Assembly (NCBI GenBank): GCA_017609205.1
Contig: JAFCEL010000001.1
Span: forward strand, 450,001 to 482,000
Direction of reading: 5' to 3'
Source: Candidatus Saccharimonadota bacterium
Lineage (GTDB): Archaea; Nanobdellota; Nanobdellia; Pacearchaeales; GW2011-AR1
DNA: 32,000 nucleotides
Made by a program: the position numbers and the translations under genes. A model generated the notes under the pieces. That model searched no databases. It had not been told where the DNA came from and saw only the letters and a program-made list of their open reading frames with translations. This document shows positions 26,586 to 32,000 of this stretch, piece after piece. The first letter of the stretch is position 1; each line of letters starts with the position of its first letter.

Positions 26586-27548
26586 TTAATCTTTACCTAA
26601 ACCAGCGAGGACAAAACTTGCTAATAGGGCCTGAAGTTGTATAAAAGGGTCACTGCCTTCTACGATTCGAAATTCTGCCTCTCCTGTTTTTTCTGTGAGT
26701 TTGACTTTTATCTCTGGTTCAATTGGAAGATTCCAAATTTCTTTTTGAATCGATTTTATAACCTCTTGTCCTGAGATACTTTGTCTGAGCATTGTTTCGA
26801 GCAATTTCTCTCTTGATTTCTGAAAGTCTCCTGAGAGAGCGTATTCAAGGACAATCTTTATGTCTTTTGGTTTTGCCCCTGAGATTATTGTTGATAAGAG
26901 ATTAGGTGTTATATTCGGGGAGACTGATGCGGTTGATTGAAGGATGTTAATTGCCCGACGGCAATCACCTTCACTACATTCATAAATTATCTCAAATGAT
27001 TCAGGGTTTATTACAAGATTTTCTGTTTCGATTATTCTTTGTATAACTTTTGATATGTCTCTTTTTTCTAATAGTTTGAATCTGAATATAGCGCAACGGG
27101 ATTGGATTGGGTCGATGATTTTTGAGGAATAATTGCATGATAGAATAAACCTGCATGTTGCAGAATAATTTTCCATGGTTCTTCGAAGTGCTTGTTGTGC
27201 CTCAGGTGTAAGAGCATCTGCTTCATCTAGAAAAATAATCTTAAATGGCACAGGACCGAGTGATTTTGTTCTTGCAAAATTTTTTACTTTTTCTCTTATT
27301 ATGTTTATTCCTCTTTCGTCAGAAGCGTTTAGTTCAAGGTAATTTTCTTTCCAGTTTTGTTTAAATAATTCTTTGACTATTATTAATGCTAGAGTAGATT
27401 TTCCTGTTCCAGCAGGGCCTGCAAAGAGCAAATGAGGGATGTTTAATGTTTTCACAAGGGATTCAACTCTTTTTACAACTTCTTCTTGTCCGACTAATTC
27501 AGTAAATGTCGCAGGACGATATTTTTCTGTCCAGATTTCACTGACCAT
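26586..27548 (-). CDS. rfcS: Replication factor C, small subunit
   Basis: The track start (27554) is a TTG; the ATG at 27548 gives MVSEIWTEKYRP. Walker A GPAGTGKST, DEAD-like IFLDEADALT, SRC motif QSRCAIFRF. No intein. Confidence 0.93.
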   Translation of the reverse strand: MVSEIWTEKYRPATFTELVGQEEVVKRVESLVKTLNIPHLLFAGPAGTGKSTLALIIVKELFKQNWKENYLELNASDERGINIIREKVKNFARTKSLGPVPFKIIFLDEADALTPEAQQALRRTMENYSATCRFILSCNYSSKIIDPIQSRCAIFRFKLLEKRDISKVIQRIIETENLVINPESFEIIYECSEGDCRRAINILQSTASVSPNITPNLLSTIISGAKPKDIKIVLEYALSGDFQKSREKLLETMLRQSISGQEVIKSIQKEIWNLPIEPEIKVKLTEKTGEAEFRIVEGSDPFIQLQALLASFVLAGLGKD

Positions 27549-27595
27549 ATTCAAAATAAAAGCATTTTGTTTATAAGGATTGTTGTTATTAAGAA

Positions 27596-27946
27596 TTATT
27601 TAATCACTTCTTCTATTGCATCAATAATTGTTCCTCTTTTCCCCTGAATTATCTTTTCTATCCTCTTTCTAGTTGTTTCTTGTTCTTGATATAGTTCTTT
27701 AAGTTTTCGATAAGCCCTTTTCCATTTTCTGATTTTTTCCTCTAGTTCTCTCTTTTCATCTATAAGTTTTTCTTTTAATAGTTCATAATTCTCTTCAACT
27801 TCTGAGAAATCTGTTATCCCTGAGTCTAGAATCTGATCTCCTGTTAATACTAATCTTTCTATTTCACTTCTGATGATATTTCTTTTTGAATCATTTCTAT
27901 AATATTCCCTAAATAATTCGTAAATAGAATCTAAATAACTCCTCAT
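27596..27946 (-). CDS. Hypothetical coiled-coil protein (116 aa), 47 nt upstream of the rfcS ATG
   Basis: Clean ATG ORF rich in E/K/R heptads. No recognisable domain. Confidence 0.5.
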   Translation of the reverse strand: MRSYLDSIYELFREYYRNDSKRNIIRSEIERLVLTGDQILDSGITDFSEVEENYELLKEKLIDEKRELEEKIRKWKRAYRKLKELYQEQETTRKRIEKIIQGKRGTIIDAIEEVIK

Positions 27947-28046
27947 GTTTATTCTAATTAGAAATTCTTTTTATTAATTTTTATACTTAAGTATATATTA
28001 ATCCTAACACTAATCAACTCTTTCTGTAACTCGCAAGAATTAAATT

Positions 28047-28163
28047 TTATTTGCTTCTTGCTCTTCTTTGTTTTCTCTTACGCTTTTCTTTCTTTAGTTT
28101 TTTTCGTTGCCATTTCCATCTCATCTGGCGCTTTTTTTTCCATCTACGACTTGAACGTTTCAT
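28047..28163 (-). CDS. rpl41e: Ribosomal protein eL41 (38 aa)
   Basis: Hand translation from the ATG at 28163: MKRSSRRWKKKRQMRWKWQRKKLKKEKRKRKQRRARSK, stop TAA. It closely resembles the eukaryotic eL41 peptide ([25 protein letters not shown]) and archaeal L41e as I recall them. In the track it is hidden inside the 136-aa ORF 28047..28457, whose 5' part overlaps nth. Confidence 0.65.
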   Translation of the reverse strand: MKRSSRRWKKKRQMRWKWQRKKLKKEKRKRKQRRARSK

Positions 28164-28194
28164 ACTTTGATGAAGAAAAATTTTGTTTAAAAAG

Positions 28195-28848
28195 TTATCT
28201 ACTCTTTTCAACACCGATCTTTTTACAGTATTTTTCAATAGGGCATTTAGAGCACCAAGGAGAAATTGGCTGGCAGATGCTTTTTCCGAAGAGAACAAAG
28301 ATACCGTTGAACTCATTCCAGTATTCTTTTGGTAGAATCTTTTCAAGTTCTTTTTCAGTTTGCTTTGGTGTTTTTGTTTTAATCCATCCAAGCCTATTTG
28401 GAATCCTATGGCAATGGGTGTCGATTGGTAGGACTGATTTCCCAAATGCAAATGCAAGAACTATGTTTGCTGTTTTAGGTCCTACTCCTTTTATTGAAAG
28501 TAAGTCCTTTTTGTTATTAGGAACTTTTGAGTTGAATCTTTTGATTAATTCATTAGAAACGTGTTTGAGTGTTTTTGCCTTTTTTTTATAATGCCCTGAA
28601 GAGAAAATTATTTTTTCTAGTTTTGCCTTTGGCAATTTAACGATTTTTTCAGGAGTGTCTGCAATTGCGAAGAGTTTCTTAGAGATTTTCTCAGTCTGTT
28701 CATCTTTTGCACGAAGAGAAAGAAGACACGAAATCAGGATTTTAAATGCTTCTGGTTTTTTTCGCATTCTGTTGAGTGTTGTTCTTTTTCTATAATCAAA
28801 TTGTTTTTCGAGGATATGCATTATTTTAGAAATATTTTTTCTGTTCAT
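28195..28848 (-). CDS. nth: Endonuclease III (HhH-GPD DNA glycosylase/AP lyase with 4Fe-4S cluster)
   Basis: HhH-GPD LLSIKGVGPKTANIVL, catalytic region PIDTH, cluster ligands CQPISPWCSKCPIEKYC (C-x6-C-x2-C-x5-C). 217 aa. Confidence 0.9.
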   Translation of the reverse strand: MNRKNISKIMHILEKQFDYRKRTTLNRMRKKPEAFKILISCLLSLRAKDEQTEKISKKLFAIADTPEKIVKLPKAKLEKIIFSSGHYKKKAKTLKHVSNELIKRFNSKVPNNKKDLLSIKGVGPKTANIVLAFAFGKSVLPIDTHCHRIPNRLGWIKTKTPKQTEKELEKILPKEYWNEFNGIFVLFGKSICQPISPWCSKCPIEKYCKKIGVEKSR

Positions 28849-28879
28849 TTTGATTTTAAAATTGTTTTTTTCGTGCTTA

Positions 28880-29137
28880 CGCCCCGACCGAGATTCGAAC
28901 TCGGGTCACCGCCTGTCTCTAACTGAAAAGAGTGGTTGCGTTGAGACGCTTAGACTTCCTCTCTCATCGAGATTTCATCACCTCTCTTTTTTTTCTTGAG
29001 AGTTATATGAAAAGAAGATTTTCAATTCATCTCAAGACTTATTTGCATTGAATAGGAATTCTTTTGAATGTCCTATTCAAGATTATCTTGTTGCGATTTT
29101 GAGAGGGCGGCATTCTTGGCCTCTGAACTATCGGGGC
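28880..29137 (-). tRNA. tRNA-Glu(CUC) interrupted by a 185-nt intron at the canonical 37/38 position
   Basis: Minus-strand hand fold. Exon 1 (29137-29100): GCCCCGA TA GTTC AGAGGCCAA GAAT G CCGCC CTCTCA. Exon 2 (28914-28880): A GGCGG TGAC CCGAG TTCGAAT CTCGG TCGGGGC G. All four stems pair perfectly or with G-U. The mature tRNA is 73 nt with no CCA. Confidence 0.75.
28915..29099 (-). other. tRNA-Glu intron (185 nt) with a BHB-compatible junction and internal hairpins
   Basis: Anticodon-loop CUCU pairs with intron AGAG. This leaves 3-nt bulges CA|A and AC|A at the two splice sites. Internal perfect stems are TTGAATAGGA/TCCTATTCAA and TCTTGAGA/TCTCAAGA. Confidence 0.7.
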
Positions 29138-29172
29138 TGAATATGAGGTGATCTATTATTATTTGAATCTGA

Positions 29173-29218
29173 AGTAGATGAGATTCTTTAAGTGAACCAT
29201 CTACTAAAGAAATCTACT
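29173..29218. repeat. Inverted plus direct repeat of AGTAGAT(G) in the spacer upstream of tRNA-Glu
   Basis: AGTAGATG (29173-29180) and its complement CATCTACT (29198-29205) form an 8-bp stem with a 17-nt loop. A third copy, ATCTACT, lies at 29212-29218. Confidence 0.6.
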
Positions 29219-29243
29219 CAAAATTATTTATAAATTTAACTTA

Positions 29244-29504
29244 TCAAATCAAGAAAACTTTGTCATTGGGTCTAACTTTCTCAGGAACTTTTATTCCTAT
29301 GTGGTCTCCTGCCTTTGCTTTTTTGACAGGTTTTCTTTCTATTTGTATTTCATTGACATCAACTTCAAAGTCAGTTGTATGTCCTTTTATTCTCACCCTA
29401 TCACCTACACTAAGTTCGTCTGAAAGCTTTATTGCAGCCACACCCACATGACTAAAGTAGCTGGAAACAACTCCAATCTGTTTCCCGGGTATTTTTTCTT
29501 CCAT
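29244..29504 (-). CDS. EF-Tu domain-2-like beta-barrel protein (stand-alone 'translation elongation factor-like' protein)
   Basis: 86 aa. The pattern IGVVSSYFSHVGVAAIKLSDELSVGDRVRIKG...VNEIQIERKPVKKAKAGDHIGIKV...RPNDKVF matches the GTP_EFTU_D2 barrel consensus (G.V..G.l.vGD.v.i...........v..A.aGD.vgi.v) as I recall it. Confidence 0.6.
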   Translation of the reverse strand: MEEKIPGKQIGVVSSYFSHVGVAAIKLSDELSVGDRVRIKGHTTDFEVDVNEIQIERKPVKKAKAGDHIGIKVPEKVRPNDKVFLI

Positions 29505-29543
29505 TGAATTTAGTATGTTTTTAATGTATTTAAATTTTTTTAA

Positions 29544-29616
29544 TAGCCTCGCCAGGATTCGAACCTGGGTCGCCGGAGCCAGAATCCGACATACTTGACC
29601 GCTGTACTACGAGGCT
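29544..29616 (-). tRNA. tRNA-Gln(CUG), no intron
   Basis: Minus-strand hand fold. Acceptor AGCCTCG/CGAGGCT (A1-U72, as in archaeal tRNA-Gln), D arm GTAC-AGCGGTCAA-GTAT, anticodon arm TCGGA-TTCTGGC-TCCGG, T arm CCAGG-TTCGAAT-CCTGG, discriminator A. Confidence 0.85.
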
Positions 29617-29666
29617 TTTTTTCAATTAATAGAAATCTTTTTATATATCTTTTTATTGAACTAATC

Positions 29667-30014
29667 ATGGCAATAGGGGTGACAATACTTATTATTACAT
29701 CACTTATAGCAGCGATATGGATAATTATTGAAATAAAGAGGTTAAAGCATAAACTCTTTGCGATTTTTTTAATCTTCTTAGTTTTATTCGGTTATTTTAG
29801 TTTTGCGTTTGTTCTAAAAAATCAGGATTTGGATTTGAAAACTGTTCCCGGATTAATTAAAGCGGGTGAAATCTATTTTTCATGGCTTGGTTCTGTTTTG
29901 GGCAATATGAAATCTCTTACAAGTTATGCTATCAAACAGGATTGGGGTATTAATGAGAGTGAAGTTTCTAGAATACATGAAGAAGAGATTAATGAATCAA
30001 AATTCTTAAAATGA
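29667..30014 (+). CDS. Small membrane protein, paralog 1 (115 aa)
   Basis: The track ORF starts at 29595 inside tRNA-Gln; the first ATG is at 29667 (MAIGVTILIITSLIAAIWIIIEIK...). Two TM spans, then the motif IYFSWLGSVLGNMKSLTSYAIKQDW. Confidence 0.55.
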   Translation: MAIGVTILIITSLIAAIWIIIEIKRLKHKLFAIFLIFLVLFGYFSFAFVLKNQDLDLKTVPGLIKAGEIYFSWLGSVLGNMKSLTSYAIKQDWGINESEVSRIHEEEINESKFLK

Positions 30015-30202
30015 AATTTATTCTTTGTTTGATGATGTTTCTTATTGCTGGAGCTTTGTTTATAATAAGCAATAATTCTCTTTATGTTTTTCAGGATAAA
30101 GGTGCAGATATCTTTTGTGAAAAATATTTTTATTGGCTTGGGAATCTTTTTTCAAATTTGAAAACCATAACAGGACAGGTTGTTAATATGAAATGGTTTT
30201 AG
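30011..30202 (+). CDS. Small membrane protein, paralog 2 (63 aa)
   Basis: Its ATG overlaps the preceding stop (ATGA). One TM span, then KYFYWLGNLFSNLKTITGQVVNMKW, which is alignable to the C-terminal motif of the upstream gene. Confidence 0.5.
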   Translation: MKFILCLMMFLIAGALFIISNNSLYVFQDKGADIFCEKYFYWLGNLFSNLKTITGQVVNMKWF

Positions 30203-30206
30203 ATAA

Positions 30207-30217
30207 TTTTAAAAACT
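30207..30217 (+). promoter_or_regulatory. Candidate TATA box TTTTAAAAACT, about 24 nt upstream of the ATG at 30236
   Basis: Identical 11-mer to the one at 6135-6145. Confidence 0.3.
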
Positions 30218-30235
30218 AGGAACTTCTTTAAGTAT

Positions 30236-30499
30236 ATGAGTGTAAAAAGAAAGAGGAGAGTGAAAAAGAAAGTTAATACACCAAGTAGCAGTCTCTTTAA
30301 AAGGAAGAATATTTTAATGAACAAATTCTTTTTCTTTTTGATACTCTTTTCAATTTCGATTGTTCTTTATTATTCTACTGATATTGAGTTTTATAATAAC
30401 CTTTTTTATATGGCTTCTTTGGTTTTTGGTTCTTTAAGTTTGGCTATTCTAATTGTCTTTTTGACTCTATTTTTTCTGAAATTAATGAAAGAGAAATAA
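30236..30499 (+). CDS. Small membrane protein with a basic N-terminus (87 aa)
   Basis: MSVKRKRRVKKKV... followed by two hydrophobic spans. No recognisable domain. Confidence 0.5.
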   Translation: MSVKRKRRVKKKVNTPSSSLFKRKNILMNKFFFFLILFSISIVLYYSTDIEFYNNLFYMASLVFGSLSLAILIVFLTLFFLKLMKEK

Positions 30500-30529
30500 T
30501 TTTAAGGGGTTTTTTATTTATTTTCTAAT

Positions 30530-30635
30530 GCCTCAGTAGCTCAGTGGTAGAGTATCACCTTGGTAAATCTTGATGTCTTAGATTGTTCAAGATTCAAAAA
30601 GGTGGGGGTCCCGAGTTCAAATCTCGGCTGAGGCT
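30530..30635 (+). tRNA. tRNA-Thr(GGU) with a 34-nt canonical intron
   Basis: Acceptor GCCTCAG/CTGAGGC, D arm GCTC-AGTGGTA-GAGT, anticodon stem TCACC/GGTGG, loop TTGGTA|A, variable GGGTC, T arm CCGAG-TTCAAAT-CTCGG, discriminator T. Exon 1 is 30530-30565 and exon 2 is 30600-30635. Confidence 0.88.
30566..30599 (+). other. tRNA-Thr intron (34 nt), textbook bulge-helix-bulge
   Basis: Outer helix ATCTTGA/TCAAGAT (7 bp). Central 4-bp helix UUGG (anticodon loop) with UCAA (intron). 3-nt bulges UA|A and AA|A hold the splice sites. Confidence 0.8.
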
Positions 30636-30656
30636 TTTAAGAAATTTAAGAAAATT

Positions 30657-32000
30657 TTAGTTCAGTTTATCAAAGATTTTTTCTATTGCAATCTCAAGCA
30701 ATGCTACAGGAGTTCTTATCTTCCAATTTTTAAGAATTTTTGGGTGAACTTCTCCAAAGGAACCTATTGATTGGTCGTCGAGATATATTTCTGCTACTCT
30801 TCCTTCGATAAAATAACTCGGGAATTTATAGGGTTCTTTTATTTCAATATCTATACCCAACATCTTAAAGAGATAGTCTACAATTTGTTTTAAATCTGTA
30901 AAATTCCCAGGAGTGATTGCTATTGAGAGATTTTCTTTTTCAGTTATGTCATCTTCATTTAAACCAAATACTGTGCCTATTTCAAAAATTCTCTGAGGAT
31001 ATTCTGAATCTTTATTCTCTGAGAAGATTCTCAGTAGAATGTGTGCAAGATTTTTTCTTAGAATAGAATATTCTGTTTTTGATTCTTCTACTTCTATTAA
31101 ATCCTTTTCTTGTTTTCCATTTAGGCCCATTTTCATCATACTCTCTTTTGTGGTTAAATGATAACTCGATGTTTCAATCATTCCAAGCCCAGTAAGAATT
31201 TCTGAAATCTTTCTTTTAATTATTTCTTCTTTTGATTCTTCTCCTATTGTTGCTACATTTGGGATTTCAGGGTCGAAATTCTCATACCCATATGCGATAG
31301 CGAGGTCCTCTATTAAATCAATTTCATGAAGAATATCTGTTCTCCAGGGAGGGATTTCGACTATTTCCTTCTTGTAATTATAACCCATTTTCTCGAGAAG
31401 TTTCCCTGCTTGTCTCGAAGTCAGTTCAATTCCAAGAATCTTTTTTGCATTTTCCAGAGAGAGCTTCATTTTTTCAGAGGTCATATCTGGCGTTCGCTCT
31501 TTTTTAGAATATTTTATATCCATCTGATAGATTTTTCCTCCCATATCTGCAAGAGTTGTTACGATAATATTTATGCATTTTTTTAATAGATTAAAATCAA
31601 ATCCTGAACATTCAATAAAAACATCTTTGGTTTTTTCATTTATCTTTCCTGTTAACTGTGAGTTTATTATTGGGGGCATACTCATTATTTGTTTTTTGTC
31701 GTCGATAAAGATGGGAAATTTTGTTTTTCCTGCTAGAAGATGGGCGTATTTTCTTCCAGTTGGATGTCTCTGGAGAATTTGAAATCCAGACATTTCTTTT
31801 TCAGATTCGAGAGGAACGAATTTTATTTTATCAGGCTCCATTGCTTTGTAGGTGATTGGAAGTTTTATTTTTTCAAGAGGGTAGATTCCTATTCCGAATT
31901 TTTTTCTTTTTCTTCCGAGAGTAAGATGAAGTTTTTCTTGTATATCAATTATTTCTTTTATTTTCTCATCATCAAATTTTAATTTTCTGACAATTGCGCA
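30657..32000 (-). CDS. pheT: Phenylalanyl-tRNA synthetase beta subunit, 5'-truncated by the window edge
   Basis: The minus-strand frame stays open upstream of the track start (31841) to nt 32000 (CAIVRKLKFDDEKIKEIIDIQEKLHLTLGRKRKKFGIGIYPLEKIKLPITYKAMEPDKIKFVPLE...). The B3/4 and B5 region and the C-terminal catalytic-like fold are typical of archaeal PheT. Confidence 0.88.
   Translation of the reverse strand, partial: CAIVRKLKFDDEKIKEIIDIQEKLHLTLGRKRKKFGIGIYPLEKIKLPITYKAMEPDKIKFVPLESEKEMSGFQILQRHPTGRKYAHLLAGKTKFPIFIDDKKQIMSMPPIINSQLTGKINEKTKDVFIECSGFDFNLLKKCINIIVTTLADMGGKIYQMDIKYSKKERTPDMTSEKMKLSLENAKKILGIELTSRQAGKLLEKMGYNYKKEIVEIPPWRTDILHEIDLIEDLAIAYGYENFDPEIPNVATIGEESKEEIIKRKISEILTGLGMIETSSYHLTTKESMMKMGLNGKQEKDLIEVEESKTEYSILRKNLAHILLRIFSENKDSEYPQRIFEIGTVFGLNEDDITEKENLSIAITPGNFTDLKQIVDYLFKMLGIDIEIKEPYKFPSYFIEGRVAEIYLDDQSIGSFGEVHPKILKNWKIRTPVALLEIAIEKIFDKLN

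Noticed and set aside
26357-27419. 21-nt identical run (TTTTCCTGTTCCAGCAGGGCC) shared by rfcL (26357-26377) and rfcS (27399-27419), considered as possible gene conversion
   Set aside because: It covers only the seven invariant GPAGTGK codons and is explicable by codon bias. It was used only as a rough control for the much longer Cdc48 D1/D2 patch.
28047-28457. 136-aa minus-strand ORF from the track
   Set aside because: Its first ~98 codons overlap the C-terminal part of endonuclease III in another frame and have no protein-like pattern. Only the last 38 codons (28047-28163, eL41-like) look real.
28915-29099. C/D-box sRNA inside the tRNA-Glu intron, suggested by GGTGATGA and CGATGAG
   Set aside because: There is no CUGA D or D' box anywhere on the intron strand. 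The two C-like boxes are only about 6 nt apart, which is incompatible with the C-guide-D'-C'-guide-D layout.
198-31982. The many 60-140-aa ORFs antisense to large genes (e.g. 198..473, 496..714, 2479..2808, 9607..9858, 11184..11585, 13422..13694, 17248..17619, 18123..18497, 21432..21848, 25402..26074, 28058..28591, 31326..31982)
   Set aside because: All lie entirely within, and opposite to or out of frame with, genes that have strong family motifs. They have low-complexity F/L/I/S/K compositions, as expected for shadow frames in AT-rich DNA.
1-32000. CRISPR arrays, transposases/IS elements, integrases, prophage genes, toxin-antitoxin or known defence cassettes
   Set aside because: None was seen. 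There are no spaced direct-repeat arrays and no recognisable recombinase or nuclease-defence motifs. Every gap over 100 nt is an A/T-rich promoter spacer or a tRNA locus.

Overview
Visibly AT-rich, very compact archaeal chromosome segment. Genes are separated by short spacers or by 4-nt ATGA start/stop overlaps, and almost all are information-processing or proteostasis housekeeping genes. Replication and repair: Rad50 (5'-truncated by the window edge), family-B DNA polymerase, FEN1, RFC large and small subunits, endonuclease III, and a HerA/DUF87-type ATPase. Translation and RNA: MetRS split into a catalytic chain and a tRNA-binding chain, PheRS beta (runs off the 3' edge), MetAP, NAC, TFS, aCPSF1, a NOL1/NOP2/Sun m5C methyltransferase with a Nip7-like PUA protein, Trm5, and an eL41 gene missing from the ORF track. 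There are four tRNA genes, and two of them carry bulge-helix-bulge introns. Proteostasis: proteasome beta, Cdc48/VAT, an M29 aminopeptidase and a Sec11-type signal peptidase. I see no CRISPR array, transposase, integrase or recognisable defence island. The gene content, tRNA introns and compaction suggest a small-genome, DPANN-like archaeon; that is inference only. The items most worth a second look are: (1) a secreted, cysteine-rich protein with a textbook ADAMTS-style thrombospondin type-1 repeat; (2) a 185-nt structured intron in tRNA-Glu(CUC); (3) a Zn-ribbon/AbrB-like gene translationally coupled to Cdc48, followed by an orphan receiver domain; (4) a 70-nt near-identical nucleotide patch shared by the Cdc48 D1 and D2 domains; (5) a PolB whose motif A steric-gate Tyr and motif B Asn/Tyr are replaced; (6) a HerA-like ATPase with no NurA partner. 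All functional calls rest on motif recognition by eye, since no database search was possible.
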